A stretch of DNA of 64,000 nucleotides. Source: an uncultured Syntrophaceae bacterium. GTDB taxonomy: Bacteria; Desulfobacterota; Syntrophia; Syntrophales; UBA2210. Location: contig CAZSYH010000002.1 of NCBI GenBank assembly GCA_964610735.1, positions 12,933 through 76,932 of the forward strand. Reading direction: 5' to 3'. This document shows, one piece after another, positions 9,857 through 19,755 of this stretch (the stretch's first letter is position 1; each line of letters starts with the position of its first letter). Both the position numbers and the translations under genes were made by a program. Under the pieces are notes generated by a model. That model saw nothing but the letters and a program-made list of their open reading frames with translations, searched no databases and was not told the origin of the DNA.

Positions 9857-11221
9857 ATGGCGGATATTGAAAAATACTCATACAAAATCACAAGGAAAAT
9901 ACGGGTTCGTATCCCGGACATCCCCGGCGCATTTGGCCAAATTGCAACGGAGCTTGGAAAGCATGGCGCCGTGCTGGGTGACATTACAAAAGTACATCTT
10001 ACCTCTCAATATATCACACGGGATGTGATAATGTTTTTCGACGATGAAAAACAGTTTTCAGACACGATTTCCGACCTGGAACACCTTAAAGGTTATAAAA
10101 TAATCTCCATCGAAGACGAAGTCCTGCATCTACATCGCGGCGGCAAGATAGCCATAACTCCGACGGCAAAGGTAGATACGCTGAGTGATCTGAGGATGAT
10201 TTATACTCCGGGAGTTGCTCAGGTGTGCAATTACATCATTGAACATCCTGAAGAGGCACGGGAATATACATCCATCGGCAATTCCGTATGCATCGCGACA
10301 AACGGCTCCGCCGTGCTGGGTCTCGGCGACATCGGCGTCCTTGCGGGAATGCCCGTTATGGAGGGTAAATCAGTCATCCTGAACAGAATGGCGGGTGTAA
10401 GTTGCATACCTCTCCTTATAGAAAGCGACAACGCGGACAGGATCGTTGACACACTTGAAGCAGTATCAAAGACATTCAGCGTCATCATGATAGAGGATAT
10501 AAAAGCGCCCCTCTGTTTCGAGGTAGAAGAGAGGCTACAGAAAAGAGTAGACATCCCCGTCTTTCATGATGATCAGCACGGGACAGCGACTGTTATCTTG
10601 GCTGCGCTACTGAAGGCACTACAGCTTGTAGACAGACAAAAGGAAAAGGTAAAAATCGTCATCAGCGGCGCGGGCGCGGCGGGAGTGGCCACCGGAAAGA
10701 TGCTCATGGAATACGGCTTCAGGCATATAACTATCTGCGACAGAAAAGGGGCCCTCTACATGGGCAGACCGGAACATATGAACGCATACAAGAATTCAAT
10801 TGCTGAACTTACCAATAAACCCGGAGAAAAAGGTGACTTAAAAGAGGTTATGAGGGGAAAGGATATTTTTATTGGAGTCTCATCATCAAATCTGGTCTCA
10901 AAAGATATGGTGCGAAGCATGAATAATGCCCCCATTATCTTCGCATTAGCCAATCCTCTTCCCGAGATACACCTTGGAGACGCATTGGAAGCTGGGGCAG
11001 CGATAGCGCTGGACGGCAGAACTATAAACAATTGTCTGGTCTTTCCCGGTATTATACGCGGCACGCTTGACGCGGGTGCCCCAAGAATCACCTATCCCAT
11101 GAAATTCAGCGCCGCTGAAACCCTTGCATCCCTGGCAGGCAAACATGAGATAGTGCCTGACTTTATGAATCCCGGCGTGCACAAAAAGATAGCGGAGGCT
11201 GTAGAACAAGCGGCATTGTAA
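9857..11221 (+). CDS. NAD(P)-dependent malic enzyme with N-terminal ACT domain
   Basis: Malic-enzyme motifs YTPGVA, LGLGDIG, FHDDQHGTA and the GAGAAG Rossmann motif, preceded by an ~80-aa ACT-like segment. Confidence 0.85.
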   Translation: MADIEKYSYKITRKIRVRIPDIPGAFGQIATELGKHGAVLGDITKVHLTSQYITRDVIMFFDDEKQFSDTISDLEHLKGYKIISIEDEVLHLHRGGKIAITPTAKVDTLSDLRMIYTPGVAQVCNYIIEHPEEAREYTSIGNSVCIATNGSAVLGLGDIGVLAGMPVMEGKSVILNRMAGVSCIPLLIESDNADRIVDTLEAVSKTFSVIMIEDIKAPLCFEVEERLQKRVDIPVFHDDQHGTATVILAALLKALQLVDRQKEKVKIVISGAGAAGVATGKMLMEYGFRHITICDRKGALYMGRPEHMNAYKNSIAELTNKPGEKGDLKEVMRGKDIFIGVSSSNLVSKDMVRSMNNAPIIFALANPLPEIHLGDALEAGAAIALDGRTINNCLVFPGIIRGTLDAGAPRITYPMKFSAAETLASLAGKHEIVPDFMNPGVHKKIAEAVEQAAL

Positions 11222-11389
11222 GCTCTGCTCTTGCTTTTTGATGTTTCAGCTTATATGTAAATACAGAATAAAAAACCAGGACACATGAACCCGGGGCTAT
11301 TCTGCTGACACATTGATCTACTTCGCACTTGCCTCGCCGTCAGTCTCTTTGGTGCACCCCAGTTTCAACAAACGGAAAGGAATATTGAG

Positions 11390-12196
11390 ATGAGTTGGTG
11401 GGGAAAATTGATAGGAGGCTCGGTGGGCTTTCTTTTCGGAGGTCCTCTGGGTGCGATTCTGGGCACCGCTGTAGGGCATAGCTTTGACCACGCCAAAACA
11501 GCAGTTGGCGGCGGGAATTTCGGATTCGGAAATCCCGAGCGGGTGCAGATTGCCTTCTTTACAGCAACATTCTCTGTAATGGGCCACCTCGCGAAGGCGG
11601 ATGGAAGGGTTTCCGAGGAAGAGATCGCCGCGGTGAGTACTACCATGAGAAATATGCGGCTTACTCCGGAACAGCAGCAGGCTGCGCTCAATCTTTTTAA
11701 TGAAGGCAAACGTCCCGATTTTCCGCTTGACGATATCCTAGAGCAGTTCAGACGGGAGTGCCATGGAAGGCGCAGTCTCATACGGATGTTTCTTGAGATT
11801 CTCCTGGGAACAGCAATGGCTGACGGAGAAATTCATGACTCGGAACTCTATATCCTCTATTATGTCTGCGACCATACAGGTTATCCCAGGGCGGATTTCG
11901 AGGGCATCATACAAATGATGCAGGCAGGACAGCGTGCGGGAGGTACCGCGGGCTTCGACCGGCAATATAGCGCGGATGACACCCGTCTCAGGGACGCCTA
12001 CGGTGTGTTGGGGCTTTCTAAAAAGGCCTCTGACGATGAAGTCAAAAAATCGTATCGGCGTCTCATGACACAGTATCATCCTGATAAACTCGTTTCCAAA
12101 GGTCTTCCCGATGAGATGATGAAATTTGCCACTGAAAAAACCGGGGATATCAAGGCGGCCTACGATCTCATACGAAGCTCCCGAAAGCTCCATTGA
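11390..12196 (+). CDS. djlA: Co-chaperone DjlA (TerB-like domain plus C-terminal J domain)
   Basis: N-terminus [26 protein letters not shown]-terminal J domain with AYGVLGL...[12 protein letters not shown]. Confidence 0.88.
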   Translation: MSWWGKLIGGSVGFLFGGPLGAILGTAVGHSFDHAKTAVGGGNFGFGNPERVQIAFFTATFSVMGHLAKADGRVSEEEIAAVSTTMRNMRLTPEQQQAALNLFNEGKRPDFPLDDILEQFRRECHGRRSLIRMFLEILLGTAMADGEIHDSELYILYYVCDHTGYPRADFEGIIQMMQAGQRAGGTAGFDRQYSADDTRLRDAYGVLGLSKKASDDEVKKSYRRLMTQYHPDKLVSKGLPDEMMKFATEKTGDIKAAYDLIRSSRKLH

Positions 12197-12430
12197 TGAA
12201 ACGGGGCCCTTCCTTCCTGAACTTTTCCATTGACGCCTGCGTATAAATAATCCATATTGGCACGCTTGAGAACGGCACCAATCATGATGCACCTGTAAAA
12301 CTATGGGAAAAGGGGGCTTCCCCTGTTTGATTTCCAGTCGGGCCCGGAGCTCCTCTGCGATAGACTTTCGGCGTTTCCTGTTTTTCAAGGCATTACCAAA
12401 ACTTTTTTACTGATCCCAACTTGACTAAAA

Positions 12431-14386
12431 ATGATTTCACTGCAAAACATATCCAAACAGTACAGCGGAAAATATCTCTTCAGAGGTCTTTCTCTCCATA
12501 TAGAAGACGGAAACAGGATTGCCTTCGTGGGTCGGAACGGAACAGGTAAATCCACGCTGATGAAGATAATCCTGGGAGAAATCGAAGCGGATTCGGGAAA
12601 AATTATCCAATCCAGATTTAACAGCGTAGGTTATCTCCCCCAGGACAGCGTGTATCACACGGGCCGAACTCTTTTTGAAGAAGCGGCAACCGCCTTTGAC
12701 GACCTGAACCGCCTCCACAAAAGAATCAGAGAGATAGGCGACGAAATCTCGACCATAATTTCTCCGCAAGGGGATAACTCTCCGAAAGTACAGGGCCTTA
12801 TTGATGAGATGGGGCAGGCGCAGAGCATCCTGGAGCACCGGGAGGGCTACAACATAGAGATAAGGGTGAAGCAGATCCTTTCAGGCCTCGGATTTAATGA
12901 AGAGGACATGTCCCGAATGACAGAGGAGTTCAGCGGTGGCTGGCAGATGAGAATAGCCCTTGCCAAGCTGCTCCTCAGGGAACCGACCATCCTGCTGCTT
13001 GACGAACCCACCAATCACCTCGATATGGAGTCACTGGAGTGGATTGAAGGATATCTTAAGTCGTACAGGGGTTCTATTGTGCTGGTATCTCACGATAGCC
13101 GCTTTCTTGACAATCTCGTCGAGAGGGTGATCGAAATATCCAGGGGAGAGGCGACTGAATACGCCGGCAATTATTCATCCTACCTGACTCAAAAAGCCCA
13201 GCGCCTCGAGATGCTGCAGTCCTCACTCAGAAACCGGCAGCGCGTGATTGACAGTAATACACATTTTATAGAGCGATTCCGGTATAAAAGCACCAAGGCA
13301 AAACAGGTCCAGAGCCGTATCAGGATGCTCGAAAAGATGGGGCATATCGAGATAGATAAAGAGGAAAGTTCCATATTTTTCGATTTTCCGGAACCGCCGC
13401 GTGCCGGCAGGGTGGTAATGGAGATAGACGCCCTTACAAAGTCCTATGGTAATAATATGGTATTGGGCGAAATATCCTTCATCATTGAACGCGGAGACAA
13501 AGTCGCCCTTCTCGGGGTCAATGGTTCCGGCAAATCCACTCTCGCGCGTATTATCGCCGATGTTGACACCTTCCAGCGCGGTTTTAGAAAACCGGGTCAC
13601 AATACTGTTATCTCTTATTATGCCCAGAACATAGTGGAAGGGCTGGACCCGGACAAGACAGCCTTGCAGACACTTGACGCGGTCGCTCCCCTCAAATCTC
13701 CCGGTGAGTTGAGAACTCTTCTCGGCTGTTTCCTCTTTAAGGATGATGATGTATTTAAACCGGTTTCCGTCCTGTCAGGAGGCGAAAAGAGCCGGCTTGC
13801 CCTCGCCAAAATGATTCTGAAGCCCGCGAATTTATTGATAATGGACGAACCGACAAATCACCTCGACGCGCAGTCGAAAGCCATTCTCCAGCGCAGTCTC
13901 AAAAGATTTTCGGGGGCATATGTAATTGTGTCTCACGACAGGGATTTTCTCGCGCCGCTTATAAACAAGGTCGCCGTACTGACGGACAACGGTCTTAGAA
14001 TATATCATGGGAATGTCGATGATTATCTGGACAAATATCGTAGGGATAAAGAAAATGCTGACACCAAAAAAGACCTTCCGGAAAACAGAATCCCGTTAGA
14101 TGTTAAAAAGAACCAGAAAAGAGTGGCGGCTGAGACAAGACAGCAACGGTACAAAAAACTGAAGCCTCTGAAGGACGCGCAGGAGAAAATTGAAAGAGAA
14201 ATAGCCGCTTATGAGAAGAAAAAACTGGAGATTGAAACCTCTTTCTCAGACCAGAACACCTATAAAAACGATGTTTTAATCCAATCTCTCAATATTGAAT
14301 ACTCCCAGATCACCTCCCTGCTCGATTCTTTTTACGATAAATGGACGGCAACGGAAGAAAAGATAGGGAAGATTACAGACGATTAA
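12431..14386 (+). CDS. ABC-F family ATPase (two ABC domains, no TM domain)
   Basis: Two Walker A motifs (GRNGTGKST, GVNGSGKST), two LSGG signatures (FSGGWQMR, LSGGEKSR), and a C-terminal coiled-coil tail. Confidence 0.9.
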   Translation: MISLQNISKQYSGKYLFRGLSLHIEDGNRIAFVGRNGTGKSTLMKIILGEIEADSGKIIQSRFNSVGYLPQDSVYHTGRTLFEEAATAFDDLNRLHKRIREIGDEISTIISPQGDNSPKVQGLIDEMGQAQSILEHREGYNIEIRVKQILSGLGFNEEDMSRMTEEFSGGWQMRIALAKLLLREPTILLLDEPTNHLDMESLEWIEGYLKSYRGSIVLVSHDSRFLDNLVERVIEISRGEATEYAGNYSSYLTQKAQRLEMLQSSLRNRQRVIDSNTHFIERFRYKSTKAKQVQSRIRMLEKMGHIEIDKEESSIFFDFPEPPRAGRVVMEIDALTKSYGNNMVLGEISFIIERGDKVALLGVNGSGKSTLARIIADVDTFQRGFRKPGHNTVISYYAQNIVEGLDPDKTALQTLDAVAPLKSPGELRTLLGCFLFKDDDVFKPVSVLSGGEKSRLALAKMILKPANLLIMDEPTNHLDAQSKAILQRSLKRFSGAYVIVSHDRDFLAPLINKVAVLTDNGLRIYHGNVDDYLDKYRRDKENADTKKDLPENRIPLDVKKNQKRVAAETRQQRYKKLKPLKDAQEKIEREIAAYEKKKLEIETSFSDQNTYKNDVLIQSLNIEYSQITSLLDSFYDKWTATEEKIGKITDD

Positions 14387-14453
14387 AATCAGTTGTAGAC
14401 TTCATGGAATTTTGGAGGCATTATCACACATATAAAAAGGAGTGGGGTGGGAT

Positions 14454-14912
14454 ATGTTTAAGGCAAGCAATATTATGACAAAAAAGATTGTTTCTGTTTC
14501 TCCTGAAACGGAAATTACCGTGGCCGCAAAGCTGATGTTTGAGCACCATTTCAACGGGCTTCCTGTAGTTGATGAGGCGGGTTGCCTGTTGGGAATTATC
14601 TGTCAGGATGACCTGATCATCCAACAGAAAAAAGTCCCTCTGCCTTCCTTCTTTACCCTTCTTGATGGTATTATTCCCTTGGCTTCTTATAAGAAGATTG
14701 AGAAAGAAGTGGAAAAGATGGTTGCAACCAAGGTGGCTCAGGCCATGACATCTAACCCGATAACCGTTGATCCGGAAACCAGCCTGGAAGATATCGCATC
14801 CCTGATGCTAAAGAACAACGTGCATACATTGCCTGTCCTGGAACAGGGCAAGCTGGTTGGTATTATAGGCAAGGAGGATATTCTAAGGACACTCATGTTC
14901 AACGAAAGATGA
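14454..14912 (+). CDS. CBS-domain pair protein
   Basis: Two CBS repeats (IMTKKIVSV..GLPVVD..GIICQDDL and AMTSNPITV..HTLPVLE..GIIGKEDILR). ATG 14454 lies 11 nt after AGGAG; the ORF-track GTG at 14442 overlaps that SD. Confidence 0.8.
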   Translation: MFKASNIMTKKIVSVSPETEITVAAKLMFEHHFNGLPVVDEAGCLLGIICQDDLIIQQKKVPLPSFFTLLDGIIPLASYKKIEKEVEKMVATKVAQAMTSNPITVDPETSLEDIASLMLKNNVHTLPVLEQGKLVGIIGKEDILRTLMFNER

Positions 14913-14953
14913 AATTGAATCTGATTGACGGGCATATCCAGCGGTGACAGGCC

Positions 14954-15352
14954 ATGAGAAAAACAATAACATTCAGAACCACATCCCGGGAAGAGATAGT
15001 GGACATAACGGCGCAGGTACGAGATGCCGTGTCCTCGTATGGCAAAGACCATGAGCTGTGCGCCCTGTACGCCCTTGGGGCAACAGCGGCAATCATGATA
15101 CAGGAAAACTGGGATCCGAACATACAAACCGATGTGCTGAACTGTCTTCGCGCCGTAGCCCCTAAGGGACAGTGGTTGCATGACAGAATAGATGGAAACG
15201 GTGACGCGCATATGAAGGCGGGACTTGTGGGCCCATCAGAAATTGTTCCCATACAGGACGGACAGCTTCTCCTCAGTACATGGCAGAACATCTTTTTCTG
15301 TGAGTTTGACGGTCCAAGAACATCAAGAAAGGTGATTATTACTCTGATATAG
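14954..15352 (+). CDS. YjbQ/UPF0047-family protein (secondary thiamine-phosphate synthase type)
   Basis: 132 aa with the pattern TSREEIVDIT...IMIQENWD...GNGDAHMKA...WQNIFFCEFDGPR typical of YjbQ. Confidence 0.75.
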   Translation: MRKTITFRTTSREEIVDITAQVRDAVSSYGKDHELCALYALGATAAIMIQENWDPNIQTDVLNCLRAVAPKGQWLHDRIDGNGDAHMKAGLVGPSEIVPIQDGQLLLSTWQNIFFCEFDGPRTSRKVIITLI

Positions 15353-15356
15353 CCCT

Positions 15357-16415
15357 TTACCTTACATAGACGGGGTTTGAAAATATCCACGGCCTGTATT
15401 TCCCCCGAACTTTCAGATACACCTCGGCTCGATAAACACCTTTCCGCGATATCTTACACGTTATATCTTTATCAATCGTCTCCGCAAACACATCACCATC
15501 TTGTATGATACGGATTTTCCCCCTTTCGGGAATCTTAACGTCCAACAATGCATCCCCTTTCAGAAAAAATTCATCGCCCATTGTAACTTCTCCATTCTCA
15601 TCGGAGAGAGAAAGGGAAAAGCCCTTTGCGGCGCGGAAATATTCCATGGCTATATATGCCCGCCCATTTTTGAGGGCCTTCAAAAGGATATCTATATCCC
15701 CTTTCCCTTCACCACTCAGAGGATTATCAAGCAACAGATGGGTCCTAATGAACCGAAACGCCCTGTTAAAGGGAAAAATGCTGATGGTTAATCCCAATAT
15801 CTTACGCGGGGTCTCGTGGTTATCCAACTCACCGATCCCCACAACCCTGCCCTTCTTATTAAGATAGTCCCATCTCTTCAAAGTTATATTCCTGGGGCCG
15901 TTTAAAACATAAGCGGGAAAGAGATACCCGGCCAGAGCACTTGGGAGACCCTTCAGGGTGGACTGCCAGTCGGTCATAAAATCCCATACTCCCATTCCTG
16001 TATAGCCAGAGACTGACCAATCACGCCATGGGAAATGTTTCACGTGAAACTTTTCTGTGCCTTCATGGTCCGGATGAGCTATAAAACCAATTCCCCCCAG
16101 CTCCTTCACCCTGTCTATGTAATCCTGCGGTTTGCTCGCTGTGTCGTTTTCATCGATGATCAACTCCTCATTTATCCCGAACGCCAGGTAGTGATTGAAT
16201 CGCGGCGATAGTTCCTGACCGACAACCAAAAGGACGCCTCCATTCCATCCCTCCAACCCACTTTTCCTTGCACCTAAGGTGGAGTGGTCTGTGATCATAA
16301 GAAAACCGATATCATTTTCACCCGCCGCTTTAATAATATCCCCTACAGTTGCCTTCCCATCGAAAGAATAGGAGGAATGGAAATGTATGACCCCTGCGTA
16401 ATCATATAATTTCAT
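15357..16415 (-). CDS. PHP-domain metallohydrolase (CehA/McbA-like)
   Basis: N-terminal HFHSSYSFDG and ITDHST PHP metal-binding motifs; 352 aa. Confidence 0.75.
   Translation of the reverse strand: MKLYDYAGVIHFHSSYSFDGKATVGDIIKAAGENDIGFLMITDHSTLGARKSGLEGWNGGVLLVVGQELSPRFNHYLAFGINEELIIDENDTASKPQDYIDRVKELGGIGFIAHPDHEGTEKFHVKHFPWRDWSVSGYTGMGVWDFMTDWQSTLKGLPSALAGYLFPAYVLNGPRNITLKRWDYLNKKGRVVGIGELDNHETPRKILGLTISIFPFNRAFRFIRTHLLLDNPLSGEGKGDIDILLKALKNGRAYIAMEYFRAAKGFSLSLSDENGEVTMGDEFFLKGDALLDVKIPERGKIRIIQDGDVFAETIDKDITCKISRKGVYRAEVYLKVRGKYRPWIFSNPVYVR
16036..16051. promoter_or_regulatory. parS-like ParB binding site
   Basis: TGTTTCACGTGAAACT matches 15 of 16 positions of the canonical parS tGTTTCACGTGAAACa. 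The 14-bp core GTTTCACGTGAAAC is a perfect palindrome. It lies inside the PHP gene, ~7 kb from parAB. Confidence 0.6.
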
Positions 16416-16502
16416 ATTCAGCTCTTTGAAAAAATAGCGGGATTAACAAGCTTTCAAGGTTGTAGCTTTAGCAATGCAAGTTCACAGCATGAAGGGCTAG
16501 TT

Positions 16503-17171
16503 TCATAACAGGTTTGCGTTCTCAAGGGGGCAACCGCTGCAAAACGGCTTTTTCCTGCAGAAATGCTTTCCCGTGTTTACCAGCAGGGCATGGTATTGAT
16601 TGTACAGCGGTGTATCCTGTGGAAGGTTCTCCATAAAAAGCGCCTGTATCTCTTTATAGATCCGGTCCCGGGGAATAATATCATGTCTTTCCAGTATCCT
16701 GCGGGTGTAGGCATCAACGACAAAAATCGGTTTGCCACCGCCATAAAGCAGGATGCTGTCCACCGTCTCCTCGCCAATCCCATTGACACCCAGCAATTTT
16801 CCCCGGAGTGTCCACAGCTCTTCATTGAACATTTCCCCCATCTTGCCGGCATATTCTTCCTGCAGGAAACGGAGGAACGCCTTGAGTCTTTTTGTTTTTA
16901 TATTGTAATATCCTGAAGATCTTATAAGGTCGGCAACGACACTGTCCTCCGCCGTATAAAGCCTGAGCGGGTTGAGAAGATCCGCCTCTTTTAGTTTCGC
17001 TATGGCAATCTCCACATTTTTCCAGTTTGTGTTCTGCGTCAGGATTGCTCCGACGGCAATTTCGAAAGGGGTTTCTCCCGGCCACCAGTAGAGCTCGCCG
17101 AAATGTTCATTAAGGGTTTTATAAATTTTGCACAGCGTATCATGCAATTGCATCACTAAAAGCTCCAGCAT
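16503..17171 (-). CDS. Endonuclease III-related HhH-GPD protein with Fe-S cluster loop
   Basis: ILTQNTNW, HhH LLGVNGIGEETVDSILLY, and a C-terminal Cys cluster C-x7-C-x2-C (CRKKPFCSGC). Confidence 0.8.
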   Translation of the reverse strand: MLELLVMQLHDTLCKIYKTLNEHFGELYWWPGETPFEIAVGAILTQNTNWKNVEIAIAKLKEADLLNPLRLYTAEDSVVADLIRSSGYYNIKTKRLKAFLRFLQEEYAGKMGEMFNEELWTLRGKLLGVNGIGEETVDSILLYGGGKPIFVVDAYTRRILERHDIIPRDRIYKEIQALFMENLPQDTPLYNQYHALLVNTGKHFCRKKPFCSGCPLENANLL

Positions 17172-17299
17172 CCCGACAAGTCGGAAGCTATATATGGGAA
17201 GCGAGTTTTTAAGTTACTTGAAAGACGCTTAAATCTTTGAAGAAAGCGCTCGATGCGTAAAAATCGTGACCAGAATACGAGTCCCGCGAAAACCCTCTC

Positions 17300-17376
17300 G
17301 AAAGAAAAAAAGAAAAGCACAAAGAGAAAGGGGCTATCAGCAATGGGTCTTTTAACGCTAATTGCCGGCAGCCCCT
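17300..17376 (-). terminator. Candidate intrinsic terminator downstream of htrA
   Basis: On the minus strand, 15 nt after the htrA stop: GC-rich outer stem AGGGGCT/AGCCCCT (17370-17376 / 17329-17335) with partly paired inner arms, followed by the T-rich run ttctctttgtgcttttcttttttt. Confidence 0.5.
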
Positions 17377-17390
17377 ACTCGCTTCTTCTG

Positions 17391-18878
17391 TTACTTTCTA
17401 ATCACGGCAAAGAACTTTGACTCTCCCCTCTGTATGAGCACCAGGACACTGTCCCCGGAAACCGCTCTCGGCATTACACTCCGATACTCCTTCAACGAAG
17501 AAACCTTTGATCTATTAACCTGTCGTATAATGTCTCCCGCCTGTATACCCGCCTCATCTGCCGGGCTACCGCTTTCCACCTGCGCTATAATAACACCCTC
17601 TGCATTTGGGAGTCCGAGATGTTCGGCAATTTCAGGCGTTATTTCCTGGACGGTCATTCCGAAGTGCTTGCCGCTCTCTTCGGGTTCCACCTCTGTCAGA
17701 TCCTTGGTCTCCGGACGTTCCGTTACTTTAACTGTAAAGGCTTTTTGCCTGCCGTCCCGCAACACCTTAATCTCCACTTTATCGCCCACGGTAACGCCTG
17801 CGACGATCTTTATCAGTTCATGGGTATCCCTTACATCCTTGCCATCAATCTCAATTATGACATCCCCTGTCTTTATGCCCGCCTTCTCGGCGGGATCTCC
17901 CTTAAATACGTCAGAGACAAGGGCCCCTTCAGCCGTTTTTAGATTCAGGTTTTTGGCAATATCCTCTGTGATCCCCTGAACGGAAACGCCCAACCAGCCG
18001 CGTATCACCTTCCCCTTTGTTCTGAGATTGGGAAGGATCTCCTTTGCCATATCTACAGGTATGGCAAAACCTATCCCCTGACCCTGGGCAACGATAGCCG
18101 TATTTATCCCTACAACCTTTCCCTCCAGATCGAAAAGGGGGCCCCCACTATTCCCGGGGTTTATAGAAGCATCTGTCTGTATAAAATCATCGTAAGGCCC
18201 GGCGCCTATAACCCTCCCCTTGGCGCTCACGATTCCCGCCGTTACTGTCTGAGAGAGACCAAATGGATTTCCTATCGCAATAACCCAGTCCCCGACACGC
18301 AACTTTGACGAATCTCCAAGTTTGACAACTGGCAGAGCATCCTCTGATTCTATCTTCAGCAGGGCTATGTCCGTGTTCTTATCCTTGCCCTTTACCGTGG
18401 CATCGTACTCCTTCCCATTGGACAGTTTGACCACTATCTTGTCGGCTTTTTCAACCACATGATTATTCGTAAAGATATATCCGTCCTTGCTGATGATAAA
18501 CCCAGATCCCAGGCTTCTCTGTTTGAATTCTCTCCCCGGCATATCGCCAAAAAACTTTTTAAAGAACTCCTCCCCGCCAAAAAACCTGTCCAACTGCTCA
18601 TTATTTAAAGGGGTCCTGAACCCTCCGGTGGTTATCGTCTTTGTCGTGCTGATATTTACAACCGCGGGTTTCAGCTTTTCAGCCAGATCCGCAAAAGACG
18701 AGGGGGAGACACTTGCCGTCTCTGTCGTTGAAGCCGCCATGGCATCACGGGAAGAAACCCCTAAAGATATTGCAGAGAAGTGAATCGTCCCTGCAAAAGA
18801 AATTATGAAAATTATTACAAGAAACGACACCAGAACCAATAGAAACCTTTTTCTTTTTTTTGTACTTTCAGAATTCAT
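17391..18878 (-). CDS. htrA: Periplasmic serine endoprotease DegP/HtrA family with two PDZ domains
   Basis: N-terminal TM/signal segment, catalytic triad context (TNNHVV, DIALLKI, GNSGGPL), and two PDZ-like repeats (GALVSDV..PAEKAGIKTGDVI and GVIIAQV..PADEAGIQAGDII). Confidence 0.92.
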   Translation of the reverse strand: MNSESTKKRKRFLLVLVSFLVIIFIISFAGTIHFSAISLGVSSRDAMAASTTETASVSPSSFADLAEKLKPAVVNISTTKTITTGGFRTPLNNEQLDRFFGGEEFFKKFFGDMPGREFKQRSLGSGFIISKDGYIFTNNHVVEKADKIVVKLSNGKEYDATVKGKDKNTDIALLKIESEDALPVVKLGDSSKLRVGDWVIAIGNPFGLSQTVTAGIVSAKGRVIGAGPYDDFIQTDASINPGNSGGPLFDLEGKVVGINTAIVAQGQGIGFAIPVDMAKEILPNLRTKGKVIRGWLGVSVQGITEDIAKNLNLKTAEGALVSDVFKGDPAEKAGIKTGDVIIEIDGKDVRDTHELIKIVAGVTVGDKVEIKVLRDGRQKAFTVKVTERPETKDLTEVEPEESGKHFGMTVQEITPEIAEHLGLPNAEGVIIAQVESGSPADEAGIQAGDIIRQVNRSKVSSLKEYRSVMPRAVSGDSVLVLIQRGESKFFAVIRK

Positions 18879-18925
18879 ATAATTCTCCCCATTTTTGCAA
18901 AAAATCTGTCTCCCGAACGTCGGGC

Positions 18926-19732
18926 CTATTCTCTCTTCACGGGATTTGTAAGCTCACCAATATTCTCAATAGAGACCGTAATTATATCACCATCTTGAAG
19001 AAATACCGGCGGATTTCTTGTAAAGCCCACACCCTCCGGTGTCCCCGTAAGTATTACAGTCCCGGGCAAAAGCGTCATGGAACAACTGAGATTGCTGATT
19101 ATCGTGGCGATGTCAAAAAACATGTCAGATGTATCGGAATCCTGCATGACCTCTCCATTTAGTATCGAACGCACCCTCAGACGGTTCGCATTTACCACCT
19201 CATCCTTTGTCACCAGATATGGTCCTATTGGGCAAAAAGTGTCAAAACTCTTCCCCCTCGCCCATTGTTTCTTCTGCTTGCGGATCTGCCAGTCACGAGC
19301 GCTTACATCGTTGGCGCAGGTATATCCCATCACATATTCTCCTGCATCATTCCGAGAAACATTTTTTGCTTCCTTACCAATTATCACGGCGAGTTCCGCC
19401 TCGTAATCCACTTCGGCAGGCCCTGCGGCAGGAAGTAATATAGCTGCTCCGTGGCCAATTACGCTGCTTGTTGCCTTAAGAAACATTACCGGAATTTCAG
19501 GATATTTTACCTCTGTTTCATCGGCATGCTTCCCATAATTCAGACCAAGGGCGATTATATTCGGCGGAGAGACGGGCGGCAAAAATGTCTCTATGCGTTC
19601 CACCCTTTCCGTTACTTCAATATCCCCGAAAATATCGCCTTCAATTATTCGGGCTTCATCCGGCATCTCGGGATCGAACACCCCTGACAACTCTTCTCCG
19701 CTCTGTGAGATAAATCTTATGATCTTCATCAC
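18926..19732 (-). CDS. Fumarylacetoacetate hydrolase (FAH) family protein
   Basis: FAH-fold pattern GLNYGKHA, DYEAELAVIIG, CANDVSARDWQ, GTVILTGTPEGVG; 268 aa. Confidence 0.85.
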   Translation of the reverse strand: MMKIIRFISQSGEELSGVFDPEMPDEARIIEGDIFGDIEVTERVERIETFLPPVSPPNIIALGLNYGKHADETEVKYPEIPVMFLKATSSVIGHGAAILLPAAGPAEVDYEAELAVIIGKEAKNVSRNDAGEYVMGYTCANDVSARDWQIRKQKKQWARGKSFDTFCPIGPYLVTKDEVVNANRLRVRSILNGEVMQDSDTSDMFFDIATIISNLSCSMTLLPGTVILTGTPEGVGFTRNPPVFLQDGDIITVSIENIGELTNPVKRE

Positions 19733-19755
19733 ACATCCTCCATGATTTCAATCTG

